DNA from: Fimbriosthenelais zetlandica
Lineage: Eukaryota
Assembly: GCA_977030845.1 (NCBI GenBank)
Contig: OZ365110.1
Location: 44,392,001 to 44,456,000, forward strand
DNA: 64,000 nucleotides
Direction: 5' to 3'
Shown here: one piece after another, positions 37,651 through 50,274 of the stretch
How positions within the stretch are numbered: position 1 is the first letter of the stretch
Layout of the letters: each line of letters starts with the position of its first letter
Translations under genes and position numbers: made by a program
Notes under the pieces: model-generated
What the model was told of the DNA's origin: nothing
Database searches by the model: none
What the model saw: only the letters and a program-made list of their open reading frames with translations

Positions 37651-37664
37651 GTAACCATGGCAAC
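37651..37664. promoter_or_regulatory. RFX X-box-like motif GTAACCATGGCAAC in a PTBP intron
   Basis: Near-palindromic match to the X-box GTTGCCATGGCAAC; motif match only. Confidence 0.35.
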
Positions 37665-37848
37665 AGAAATCCATGTGTTTATCGCTATTTGATAATGGTA
37701 GCCCTGTGGAAATCTCTCTTCAGGCGACATATTGCAGAGAGGGCAAGAAGATAGGGACCCTGGGACCCTGTGGTATCATCACATTATGTTGTTTTATACG
37801 AGGCCCTGCCACTATTTTCCCTCGGAAAGTTTTCAAAGTGGAACTTAC

Positions 37849-37923
37849 TGGAAAAATTTGAAGTTGGTTACACCGCCGTGTTCTGCAAATGCCTCTTTGA
37901 GTTGCTCCTCTGTTACATTGGGT
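37849..37923 (-). CDS. PTBP: PTBP exon (RRM4)
   Basis: ctttacag|PNVTEEQLKEAFAEHGGVTNFKFF CA|gtaagt, phase 2-2. Confidence 0.9.
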
Positions 37924-38073
37924 CTGTAAAGGTGAAACATCAACAATGAGACAGCAGTAAGGAACTGTTATTTTAAGGCTTGTTTCTTTCATTCAAGGAT
38001 GGAGTGATATGATTTTAGCTTAGTATTTTCAGTCAGTTAACTTTTGAAGTATAAACTGTCATTGATTACTCAC

Positions 38074-38192
38074 GGAATGTTTGACAAATGGAGTGTAGCT
38101 GATGGAGGGAAGATATTGTGATGATTCTTTGAGTTGGGTTTCTTGAACCTATGCAGTGGTGAGTTCGTATAATCCTTTGTCAAACCGGCGTC
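38074..38192 (-). CDS. PTBP: PTBP exon (RRM3-RRM4 linker)
   Basis: attccag|[41 protein letters not shown]|gtgagt; near-invariant PTB segment. Confidence 0.95.
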
Positions 38193-38322
38193 CTGGAATT
38201 AAATACAAAATACAATATAGTATTTCCGGGGAAAAGATGAGGGCGAATCTTTATTGGCAGTTCACTCAGTAAAGTTTATTCGTATTCTATCAACATAATT
38301 ATGAAAATAGCAGTTGACTCAC

Positions 38323-38420
38323 CGGTTGGCCCTCTTTTGGCATCTGGACTATTGAATGCTTTGAGGGTGTCACCTTTACTTGTTTACTCCACACCTTCAG
38401 TTTGTCTAGGTGCGTCATGG
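38323..38420 (-). CDS. PTBP: PTBP exon (RRM3 end)
   Basis: catttcag|(A)MTHLDKLKVWSKQVKVTPSKHSIVQMPKEGQP|gtgagt. Confidence 0.93.
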
Positions 38421-38441
38421 CTGAAATGAGGGAGCATGAAA

Positions 38442-38513
38442 TCATCAATATTGCTGTTATAAATCAATAGTTTTAATTCATCAATATTGCCGTTATAAAT
38501 CAATAGTTTTAAT
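38442..38513. repeat. 36-bp tandem duplication in a PTBP intron
   Basis: TCATCAATATTGC(T/C)GTTATAAATCAATAGTTTTAAT twice, with one mismatch. Confidence 0.9.
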
Positions 38514-38637
38514 TAACGCAAAACACCTCATATCGACAAAGTTAACCACTTTTCAATGAAGTAAAATATGATAGATTGCAATCTTTTTGCATTATCAGTG
38601 ATATTCTATTGTTAAGGTTGTTAAAGGTAGAACTCAC

Positions 38638-38730
38638 CGGTTTGTGCTTGCATGGGGTCAGCAAACTGTACCAAGGCATTGTCTTTTTTGTTGAACATGA
38701 TCTTCACGCGATGTACATCCCCGTATACAC
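38638..38730 (-). CDS. PTBP: PTBP exon (RRM3)
   Basis: ttcattag|(G)[31 protein letters not shown]|gtgagt. Confidence 0.95.
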
Positions 38731-39410
38731 CTAATGAAGGGGCAGAACATAGCATGTAGGCTAATCAGGCGAGCGACCAGAGGCTAGGAAATTTACTGAC
38801 AAAAATAGGATTTAGGAAAATAATGAAATGAAAAACTCCTACGCGTATGAACTAAAGAATAGCAAGAAACATTAAGAAGAGGCCAGAACTTGTAAAAGGG
38901 ATCTAGGAGATGCATGTATTGTTATAAATGGCTTCAGAGCACTATCTCTCCCGTGTCTATTGAGAGGTTTAGAAGACATCTGCTGTTGATTTTTGGATCA
39001 TTTTGAGCATATCATCGAATTAGGGTGCATTAATTTGATAGCAAGGCAACTTAGAGATAAAAAATGCACACCACACGGTCTGTGTTTATATATATAATAT
39101 GAAACCAAGGTCATCATCACACTGCGTGCAGTTCATCACTGTATTCATTTTCTTTTCAAAGAGCATGAGTATCTTTCTGTTGCCAAAGTTACAAGGAACA
39201 GTCAGGAGAGGCGTGATTATAAGTTACAATTGTTTTCATAGAAGAAGTAGGAAATATGTCTACAGTTGTGAAATGTTATTTAATGCCTTTTTAAAAGTAT
39301 CTATCCACCTCAAAGGGTCTTTTTTACGTTATATTTTTCCTCTCAAATATTTCTCATGTCTAAAAAACTACCAGACAAGAAAAAATGAAATAAATAGTGC
39401 TTAAACGTAC

Positions 39411-39444
39411 CAAAAAGGGTAAAGAGAGCATCGGGCGTAACCTT
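39411..39444 (-). CDS. PTBP: PTBP 34-nt exon, equivalent to vertebrate PTBP1 exon 11 / PTBP2 exon 10
   Basis: gactttag|AAG GTT ACG CCC GAT GCT CTC TTT ACC CTT TTT G|gtacgt = KVTPDALFTLF(G); exactly 34 nt and required to keep the frame. Confidence 0.93.
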
Positions 39445-42400
39445 CTAAAGTCAGAGGCAACAGGTATGTATATAGCAGAGTGGAGGAATATAGATGAATG
39501 AAGTATCCGAGCGAACGAATATAGATTCCACATGGATAACACCAGCGTAATGAGGGGACGGGAAAAAAAGAAAAGGGAATAAAATCATTGTGTGAATCAT
39601 GGTGAAATCATGTCAGATTATGGCTATGACAATATACATTATAATGACTGCAGGTTTGGTCAATGTTCCTGGGGTTGTTCTAAAAGAAGCAAGGCTTGTA
39701 TATTTTTTGGGGGGGTCTATCGCCTTGACCTCTCTCTCCCAGTGGGCCTAGATTTTGAGATTTTCTCTTTCCCTTGGGGTATCTCAGGTCCTGAAACAAC
39801 GCATGGAAGTTATACCAGTATTACAACATGCAAAAGAAGTTCATTAGAGAAAATAAGGCATGCAGATGTCATCACGGTACAGGTTATGGGCTAGAGTGAA
39901 CAGAGATGTATATATATATATGTCTACTAAGCATTTTGTTTTAGCTGCAATTAATATACAAAGCATACAAAAAGGGATCATGCCCTTCTAATGTTAAAAG
40001 AGGTTAACCTCTCAAAAAGTCTAAAAGTGTTCTTTGTGAACGATTACAAATAAAATCACCAGGCACCAATATGAGAACACTTTGCTCTGGAAAAGGAATC
40101 AACAAAAAAAGCTTTGGCTGTAAACAAGTAGTGAACTATTTAGTGAATGAGCATTGCAAGTATGTACAGATGACGAGAGATACTGTGAAGAAAGGATGTG
40201 AGTGAAAAAATGTTCTAAATCGTAGAACTTTATAAAACAAGAAAGAGCTGTGCAACTGGAGGCATCTGTCGGAGAGAGAGAGAGAAAGAGAAAAAGAGTG
40301 TGAGGTTACTTTTCTATTTGAAGTTTTGATGGTTCAATTCCAAGAGTTGCTATAGAAGAGTGCGTTTGTCACATGCAAAGTACTTTGGTCACGGCTAGAA
40401 GTGCGTCTGCCAGTTGGCGAACCCTGCAGAACAGGTCCATTTCTGACACAACCTAGATTGTCACAATTTTGTTTTTCTCCAAAAATAATTCAATTACAGT
40501 AAATAAGCTTATTCTTAAACACCGAATGATTATTAGACAAGTTTAAGGGATTTGTGATAGAAAAAATCGACATATCATTTTGTACTCAAACCAAAACAGA
40601 AGTGTCAGAATGGAGCGGAGTGAAGGCAATTAAGTGTGTTTAAGTAGCTATTTCATAGTACCAGACCAACGAGCTTGACTTTAAAAAACAGCAGATACCA
40701 AACTTAAACTGACAAAACATAACAAAGTGGCACGAAATGAGATAACTCCAAAACTTGTTTAGTTGAAAAACAGTTTAAAATGAAACATCTCTATTTCAAG
40801 TGGGTGATTTGTGACCACCTTTAAGTGGCTCGTTGGTCTAGTATCTAGGAGATAGTGGCGTACATAACGTCAGACTCGGCATGGACCAGCAGAAAGCCTA
40901 GGTGGTCCAGTCGTTATCTAAATGTTTACAAACAGTTCTAACAGATCACATCACATCACACACAGTAGTCATAGAAATGTAGCATGTTTGTTAGCATAAT
41001 AATGATAATACCAGTAAACTTCCTCGTGTCAAATCAGGACCAGTATCTCGCTCTATATATCAACTTTATAATATAACACCTTCCTCTCAGTTCATTCTAA
41101 TTGAGGTTTCTCTATGCACATAGAAAGGTGAAGACATAATATTGTACAAAACTCTTCCAATCCCCCTCTCCACCGGGTCCTGGCACCTGGGGCTCGATTT
41201 GGTTATTTTAATGGTAGGTACATCTTTGCCCTCTCTCTTCCTGGTGTTGGGGTTAAGCTAGGTGTGATGCCTAAACATTTCTTCTAGTTTTGGTGATTTT
41301 AAAGGGACAATGGTGTAATGTTTTATAGGGTGAGTGGAATGGGTGTACTGCCAAATGGGTGGATGTAATTTTGTTTGTTGGGTGAAATTACGTTGGTATC
41401 TGAAGCAGCCATGAATGCTGGTTTATTTGGTGGTTGTGTTATATTCCGATTCACGGATTCAAGTATGGATGGGTAAAGGGATCCTGGTGGTTGAAGTTGG
41501 GGGATTTTATTGGAGGGCTGGGTCTTGTGATAATAATAGAAATACAGTTTGAAGGCATGCCACTATAGAGAATGGGTTGGAGGTTTCACTGTGAAAGTGG
41601 AATAACGTGAAGCTGGGCTTTTACACTGGTCAGGGAGATGATGTGTTTCCATATTTGATATAACAGATGGTAGCGAGTGGAGAGAGAGAGAAGAGAGGAA
41701 GGGGAGGAGAATGGGGGTGGGGCCGCATGCAGGACTCTGGGTTGGGCCTCCCTCTTCTACGAATCATTTTCAATAGAAATGTTAATAATCATGAGATAAG
41801 CCACAATTAGTACCGAACCGAGCCGGTGGTTAGTTGGCTTGGGTTGAGTTAAAGAGAGGAAAATATCTAGAATTTTATTCATCAATTTGATATCCGATTT
41901 AGAAAGAAGTTTTAATCATTAGTCAGAGGTTCCAAAAGTATAACATTAAGCAGTTTGGAAAGTTCCCTAGAAATTCATTGAGCACACCCGAGCGTCTGAT
42001 CAAAAGGGGTTAGTGTTTGTTCTTAAGATTTTTCATCTAAACCTGCATGTATACATAGTTCATAGCCCTTTTCGTTAAAATACAGGACTTTCTATTGATG
42101 GTTGGGCAATGGCTGAGTTGAACCACTGAAGCCTTGAGTACTGGAGATGGTTGAAGAAAAGGTCCCTCAAGCCGTAAACAGTAGCAGCATTAATCAGCAC
42201 TATGGTAAGAAATAGAAGCTATAGCCCCATAACGATAAACAATACACTACACAAGGTAGGCCTGTGCCACCAATTCACTTATCAAAGCTTCATAATGTAA
42301 GATGAAAAGATCCATTGTACCCATAGTTTATACTTGAGGGGGAAACATGAAAAATGCGAAATTGATTTAACATTAGGATCCTCTACAAAGCAGAATGCAA

Positions 42401-42844
42401 ATTACACATGCACAAAATCAGCTAGAGCCTTTATATAGATCAAAGTCATACAAGTCTACTTGAATATATGAGGTAAGTCGGCCATTGCCCAATAGTGGTT
42501 CAGAATTTAAGCTTTTTTTAACAGTTCTTTTTTCAAAGTTAGCTCTGAAAGAAGCAGCTATGTTACATGATGATGATGATGTGTGCTAGGGTGTTATATT
42601 ATGTTGGATGATGAAGGGGTGGTCTGTATACTTAATACATACACAGACGTACCCCCTAGTCTTAGTGGTAAGGATCACTATTAATGAATGGCAGACGTTG
42701 CGAGTGGCGAGTGACTAAATACAGTTACAGTAAAAGACATGGCCTGATCATATCTGAGGTGAAAGATTAACATGTAATGATGACGAAAGATTGGGGGAAG
42801 GATTTCTTGTGGCTTTTTCTATAAAGGTAGGAAGGAGTACACAC

Positions 42845-42966
42845 CTGTTCGTTCAGGTTGGATACGAGAAGCACGGCGCCTGTTGTCGGTTGACCCTGTA
42901 GTCTCATCCCCGCTGCACTCATAGCCTGGGCTGTTGGCACTCCAGTCAAACCAAAGGGCACTGTGG
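42845..42966 (-). CDS. PTBP: PTBP exon (linker into RRM3)
   Basis: ctaaccttctag|(A)TVPFGLTGVPTAQAMSAAGMRLQGQPTTGAVLLVSNLNEQ|gtgtgt; VLLVSNLN is the RRM3 RNP2. Confidence 0.92.
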
Positions 42967-44264
42967 CTAGAAGGTTAGAGAGAAAAAACAAGACCCCACA
43001 CGTCACAATGGCACGAACACACAGAAACAGTAGATAATGAAATAGAAGCAAGACAAAAGGTCCGACATAACCAAGATAATATATATCTATGGCTATCATT
43101 CTTCTTACATTCATAGCAATCATAATGAAAAATACTATTATATTAAAACTCGATGTAAAAAACTACAGTAATGTCAAAAAAGGTTCCATAAATATCTATG
43201 AAGAGACATGCAGAGCTAAATGTAATTAATGATTGAAGTATATAATGACAAGTCATATTGCATGATTTACTTAATGTATTTCTATCATCATGATACATGA
43301 ATATGTATTTTTATGGACATATCCATGCCATTAGAAGAGAATAGTCGATTGGAACTAATGAGTATGAAAATTGTATAGATAGATGGGGGATTATTATTAA
43401 TATTATATATAGATAGATTTTATATAGGAGAGAGGATAGAGGAGGCGGACTATAGGCTACGTGTCCGGAGAGACAGAGGTAGAACTCGGAGACGCATCAC
43501 TCTCTCATGTTTACCTAGGCGAATCATATGTTGATTTAGTCTAGAAGGACACCCCCCCCCATGTTCAAACGTTTGATTTGTATATTTGCTCAACTGCACA
43601 GCATCAGTAGGCCGTGTACTGGCTAAAAACGGGTCAGGACTTGGCATGGTATGTCCACGAAAAATCAACGTGAACAAAATCGATAATGATAATGTACATA
43701 TTCAATGTGGCATTGAAGTGAATATATAACATAATTTACACCATCTCCTCACTTTAATGTTTCTTCATGCCCGATTTCCTTTTTCATGCAGAACCCAAAA
43801 CCGACTGTTAATGAGAGGAATATATATAATATGCACATACAAAGGTGGATATTTATCACCGGGTTGTGAATCGTGAGAGTAACAATTTAGTTTCCACGAG
43901 TAATAATGAAAATAGCAAGCTGAGCATTGGACACTGTGAAGAGGTCCACAACTAGGACCGTCCGGGTTTACACATGGAAGCAAAAACTTGACCACCGTCC
44001 GCCAACAAAACTACAGCTGTGGGCATCGACAACCCTACCGAAACAATTCCCGACTGAAGAATATACATCTTTCAAGCATATTTTGAGTTTTTGTTTTTGA
44101 GTGATTTTTTTTTTTGGTGTCTCGCCTTCAAAATGGTGAAAATTGGGAAGTGAATGTTAGTAAGGGGGAACGATGCATGGTGTTTGTACAGACAAGATAG
44201 AGAGAGGAAGGAAGGAGAGGAGGACTCCAGCCTTTAGGTCGACACGGTGGCCGCAGCAACCTAC

Positions 44265-44285
44265 CTTGTAGGGCACCCAGACCAG
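44265..44285 (-). CDS. PTBP: Putative PTBP 21-nt microexon in the RRM2-RRM3 linker
   Basis: Long CU tract ttttttctctccctcctcccttcccgaatcgtag|CTGGTCTGGGTGCCCTACAAG|gtaggt; phase 1-1; encodes (A)GLGALQ. Confidence 0.6.
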
Positions 44286-47121
44286 CTACGATTCGGGAAG
44301 GGAGGAGGGAGAGAAAAAATATAATCACAGGTTAATCTTCATTTAATGGCAAGTCAAAAATCAGCGTTATTCAGCAGCAAGAAGCAAGGTGTTAGGAGCA
44401 ATGCATCAAATTCGGATAAAGGGAAAAATGATACAAAAAGAAGAGGACTGGAGGGAAAATTAAGGAAGGAAAGAAATGTTGTATATGTATGATCAAAGGG
44501 GGGTAGGATGGAATAAAAAAAGACCAACCATTCCGCATTCTCAATGTGGCAATGAGTGTGTGTGGTTTGGTATTTTGGTGTGGCAAGACCATATAAGGTA
44601 TAGGTGGAGGAAGAGGAGAAGATTGACAACTTTTCTCCTTCTTCTCCACACATTATTAAACCAAGTCATGGATTTCATCCATCATCCTAACCATCTCACC
44701 ATGGGGCATGGTCCTAGTCTCCACGGAGAGAGATCCAAGAACCAAACTCTGACTGAATTGACCCGGAAAATGCAGACACAAGAAGACAGAGAGGGGCTGA
44801 GAAATCAGATATAGAGAGCGAGAAAGGGGGCACAGCCAAGGTCACCATGTTACCTCGACCAACCGTTCAGCATTTCATTTAAGACTAAAATCGTAAAAAA
44901 GGAGTAATCAAAAGCACATATAATTATGTATCAAAAGCCAGCATGCACGCAAGGTTAGGAAAAACCAGGGGAAATGTATAGCCTTCTACATAGCACCACT
45001 AGGAGAGGAAGGTTCGGCTAATAGGGAGAGAAAACGTCCCGCAGACAGTCTGCAAGTCGGAGGGACGCCGCCATGCACTTACACCACCTACCTTCTGCCT
45101 GGAGAACCACCAGGAGGAGATGATGGGGGTTTGGAGTTGCTCACGTGAGGGGAGCATGTGAGGGGGAGGAGGAGGAGGGCAGCAATGGTGTGTCTGGCTC
45201 ATATTTATTATAATTTGGGATTATAATAATTTTGGACCATGCTTCTCTCACATAGCGTATATAAGGAAATAGAAAGGTAGAGCGTGGTATGTGGGGGAAG
45301 GTGAGGTTGGCAAGCAATAACCATGGTCTCAAGCCACCAGAAAAGGCAAACCAGACAGTTGTTTAAATTTACCTCATTTCAATCACTCTCTCTACAAACC
45401 AACTCAGAGGCATGCATCAAATGTTTTCAGTTCATATCCTATGTTAATTTATACCAAATGAAATTCTTCAGAAAAATAACATTTTTTAAAACAATTTTCA
45501 GCATTTTTTAAATCTCACCAATATAGATGCATGACTCTGACAATGCAAGTTGCATTTGGTTTCACGTTCATACTTTACATCAAACCATATCAGGTGCAGA
45601 AGTCTAATGAACAATCCATTTCTTGTCATCAAATATTTATATATTCTATCAATATATGAACATGTGCCACTTTGTATAGAAACATAACAATAATCATCAT
45701 GCGTGTTACTATAAGACCAACGGGGACTGTACATTTGTGACTAGACATGGTTACTCTCCACAAATATGATCCAAGTTTAGTAGCTGTCAGTATTTATTCC
45801 ACCCAAAACTTGGTGAGGGCTTTACATTTACAAACGCACAAAAACCATTAGAAGTGTCATAACACTCGGTCCAAGCTATTTTCTTCCTCAGTAGACATGC
45901 TTGTTCTGCGTGATGTTAGTAGTGTATTTTGAATTTCTCCCCCATTTACCATCCCAAAATGAAAACGGTCCAAAAACGAATGGTAGGCCCATGGCAAGAC
46001 TAAGCCCGGGTGTTCAACAAGACTACAGCCCACATGCTAGGCGTTATGGTAACATGCACTGTTATAATATAGCACTATAATATGAACCAACAACAATATT
46101 ATTTGACTGTGTTGCAACAAAGCTACTTCACTATATATCTTAGAACTTTGCGGTTGATATTTTCTATAGAAAATAGATATTCAATATCATTAGTTAACTT
46201 CATGGGATTTCATACTATATAAGCATCAATGAACCGCAATATTTTAAGATCATCAATATTGTATTTCATGTAAACATATATTATGTGTAATGTAAGTTAT
46301 GATTATAGGCACTATTCATCACCTGACAATGTCATTTTCACACACCTTTCATTCAGCAACCACACTTTCTACTGACTATTCACTATATAAATGTTAAGGA
46401 GGAACACGCAGGTAAACTTAAATGTCTGTCTGGTCTGATGGCTTGAGCAAGCGGCTTGCAGCAATACAAAAAACAGATCCGCTTCCTTCGGTTCAAATAA
46501 AGGCCTTCAATATATTATATTTAGCCTTGTCGGGATCTTAAATGCCATTAAAACCAAATGTGTCTTCATCTCTTAAACGTAATATTAAAGCAGGCGCAAT
46601 ATTTTCAAGGGTGATATATATTGGGGATAGCAAGTGAACAAAGCGCTGGTATTGAATAATTATAAAAACCATGTTTGAAATTTAAATTGGTCCGTGAAGG
46701 AAAAAAATGTCAATGTTTGAGAAGCGATAACTTTCTGGCTGCATCAACCAGAGGTTCTCGTGTTGCAATATCTAGGGCATCATGTCCCAAGGATTTTCTC
46801 CCTCCTTATAGCTCATTTCCAGTGCTTAGAATTCCGAATCTCATTTCACAACAGGGGGGAGGATGAGTGGAAAACTGACACCATATATCCGTTTGGGTTC
46901 CGTTTCTTCAGGCGTTTCAACTTTCTTTGCCTTTTCAATTCCCACATACCACAGGGCTTGGGAGAGTAAAGAGGATAGACTTTTTCAGACACAGAAAGGA
47001 GGAGAGAGACTTGCATTGTGCACACTAGGTGTTAAGTTTGAGTAGTTATCAGGTAGTATATAGAGAGTAGGAACAAGAGACGGCCAAGCGTGAATTGTTA
47101 GTGTTTTTTTTCTCTCTGTAC

Positions 47122-47232
47122 CATGAAGCTGCGTCGTACCTCCTGGAGGGCCGGTGGCCGGGCCGTATGGTGTTAGTGTGGTTCCGAACCCAGGCATTGT
47201 GGCATATGGTGACGCCAAAACACCGGGAGTAC
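47122..47232 (-). CDS. PTBP: Putative PTBP linker exon resembling vertebrate PTBP1 exon 9; alternative donors at 47140 and 47122
   Basis: (G)TPGVLASPYATMPGFGTTLTPYGPATGPPG resembles APGIISASPYAGAGF; phase 1-1; weak acceptor tatgaag; donors gtacga and gtacag, both in frame. Confidence 0.65.
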
Positions 47233-50200
47233 CTTCATATCCGAAATAAGTGGTATACAATCATGCTATTAATAATCAATAAATCACAATGAAAATAAGA
47301 AGAAAAAACAATATGTACGGATGACTTTTTGCAAGTCATCTGCATCATCATGGGTGAGGTAGTAGTAGTAGCAGCACATAGGATGGCAGACGCTACTGTT
47401 TTTGTCTTTTTTCCAATTCTTTCCATATTGAAAGGGTAGCGGAAGAGAATCATTAAGGAAAGATGCCCTTTGGAAAAAATAAGTAAACAGTGAATTTGAA
47501 AAGATAAATTTGACTACAGGACCATATATAACTAGAGTGTAGCAAAGAGCGATGTATAGGCATTGTTATAGCGCTGGGTTAAAAAGGCAAAGCTCATGCA
47601 CTAAAGCGAGTAATTGATTTCTAGCCTATAGGTTTTAAAACTTTGATACTATTTCTTAAGCCAAAATGGTTTACTAGCTGGCGACTTAATAAGCTCTAGG
47701 TGCAATTAAGATACAATGTCTTTAATATTAAATCATTAAAACTAATATAAAAACCCAAACCAAATAGCAGCTCAGGTTAATGTTTCGTATACGTAATCAG
47801 ACCAAAATGTGTGAATGTCCTATGTGCAGATTGCATTAGTTTTTGTTTGGTAATTTGTTTCATAAAGGAATGCATAAAACATTGGTCTCAAAATGCACAG
47901 GAAAACTTTACATAATTTCTTCACACAATGTGATCTGACAAGGTATAATAATGAATACATCTTTACGAAAAACTGACGCAAAAATGGGGGAAAATCTGAC
48001 TGGACGTGATCCAGTCACAATGTTTATATAAGGAAAACTACGGTTTTCATGAGGACTCGGAATAAAATACATTTTGACAGAAAATGGAAATGGAAATTGT
48101 TGGCTGTGAACATGCATTTTGAGTGTCTCAGGTGTAGCATCATCAACGAAGGGAGGAAAGTTTCTAATTTGAGATGATTATGTCATTATCTACAGTTGCA
48201 GGCAAAGGAGTTAGATGATATAGGTTGGTGGTAGGACTATATATCTGAGGAGGAAGGGAGAGATAGGGGGAGGTCAGAAGGCCTCAAAACACACACTGAT
48301 TGGCAATCCAGTAGGTATGAAACCAAGAGATAGTCATCTATTTGCAATGGTTGAAAAATGCATCTTTCATGGACGCAGAGGAATGAGGACGAGCCTGGTT
48401 TGTTACCAGAGACAGAAATATGGAGAAGGAAAAATAAATCCTCAAAGAGAAAGAGAAAAGGACCGAGTCTTCAAAAATGTAGTCTAATCTCGGAGAGACT
48501 ATAGAAGAGTTACTACAAGAGCAGAGCGATGACGCAGATTTTACTCGGAATGAATACATGCAGATTGAATGCACGACTTTCTGCTGAGCTAAAAGTTCCA
48601 CTAAGAACCAATGCCAGAATGAGTGGGGGGGGGGGGGCTCTCAAGAGAAGGGGAAGCCTCGTGTTAAAGCATGAACAATGCGTGATAGGAACAAGAGATT
48701 TTTAAAATTTTGAATAATTTACTTTTCCATGAGAAAAGATGATTGATTTGAATTTAGAATTCACTGGCAATGGACCAGTGAATGGCTCAGTGGAATGAAC
48801 TCAGGTCGGGAGTAGTTTTTTCCCTCCTCTTTCTGTTTTAAATTCACTCCAAGCTATTAAAGTGTCATAGCCCTGCCCGTGCTCTGATCGCAGTCCTTCA
48901 TGCTACGAGCAGGAAAAGACAGAGAAAGACGAGTGGTCATATAGAACTGGACAGCCCATCAAAACTGACCAGTGACAGCGAGAGAGAGAGAGAGAGAAAG
49001 AGTCAGAAATATAAATGAGATTGAAAGAGACACCCAAACACAGATTATCAACAGCAGTCCTAAAATACAGATAGACAGATCAAAAGCTGAAAGCCGACCC
49101 CACAGTAATGAGTGAAGGGTATAACAGGGCAAAAATCAAGGCCTCAGTGAGAGGAAGACTGAGAAGGAGAGAAAGGGAAAATAAAACATTGAAATCAACG
49201 AATGGAGCGTCATGATTATTCTGTCCAATTTCATTTACATGCGACAGCCGCTGGTGAGAATAGAAACAAAAATCCACCGGGCAAACAGCGAGCAAAGGGG
49301 CTAATATGGTACATGTATGAGAGACGGTGAGAAAGACCATACTGGTCTATAGTTGATCAAATCATGGGAGACAATATAAAGCCATTAGTCTGTACTGTAC
49401 CAACTACTGTATTACATACTGATAATCCCACTCAATACAACCCACCCCTCATCCCTTCTTGAGATAAGAACTTCACTGTGTTAACATTGTGACTCCATTT
49501 ACTCCGCTTCCTCTATTAACAGTCAATATCAATTTAGTGCCTTTCCAACTTTAATCATAGCATTATGAAAATGTTTTCAATGTCTAGATGGTGGGATTAG
49601 GCAGCATTAGGCTGGTTACATTTCTTGTAGATAATGGCCTTTGTTCAGTCACTAGCAAGTGCTGCATTGGCAGTGTGTATAGTGGTGGGGGCTGGAGGTT
49701 CTGTCTCTATTACTTTCTACAACGTGGGAATGAATAAGAAAACTGCCGAGAACGTCCCACCAGGAATTAATCCATACATATTTAATTACTCATCCCTCCT
49801 GATTTTGATTGGATATTGTTTTAAGATGTCTAGAGAATTAAAATGGGGAAGGGGGTTGTATACTTAAGGCCTGATTTAATGGAGTGGACGAACTTGGCAC
49901 TAGTAGAGATTTTGTGGGAGAATCAAGAAATGGATCTCACAAATATATCTTCCCCTATTGGACGCTACTATTTACATTCCTCAAGACTTCCCATCACTTG
50001 TTTTTCTCTTCTAAAGAGTAACAACTGGCTAAAATTGGGATCAAAATTTTTCTCCGAGGCTGATGTCTGCTTTGTGAATAAGCAATCCGTTGGAAGTGAC
50101 AAGGGGGTAGTGGAGGGCGAGAACACTGTCTACCATCTAGACCTGTATTGATTGGGAGGTATGGATGTCACTTGTGTGGTAGCCCTTTTAGATTGGATTT

Positions 50201-50274
50201 CCCCCTATACCAACCCTTTCCCTTTTCATCACTGTATTTCAGTGAAGTTGAGTGATGTGGAAAAGAATGCTTAC

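Noticed and set aside
40900-41700. Penelope-like GIY-YIG/RT relic on the minus strand
   Set aside because: The resemblance is too faint to support by eye; needs an HMM search.
45590-45698. C/D-box snoRNA candidate in a PTBP intron (ATGATGA ... TTGATGA ... CTGA)
   Set aside because: No terminal stem, no D' box and no rRNA-complementary guide that I recognise.
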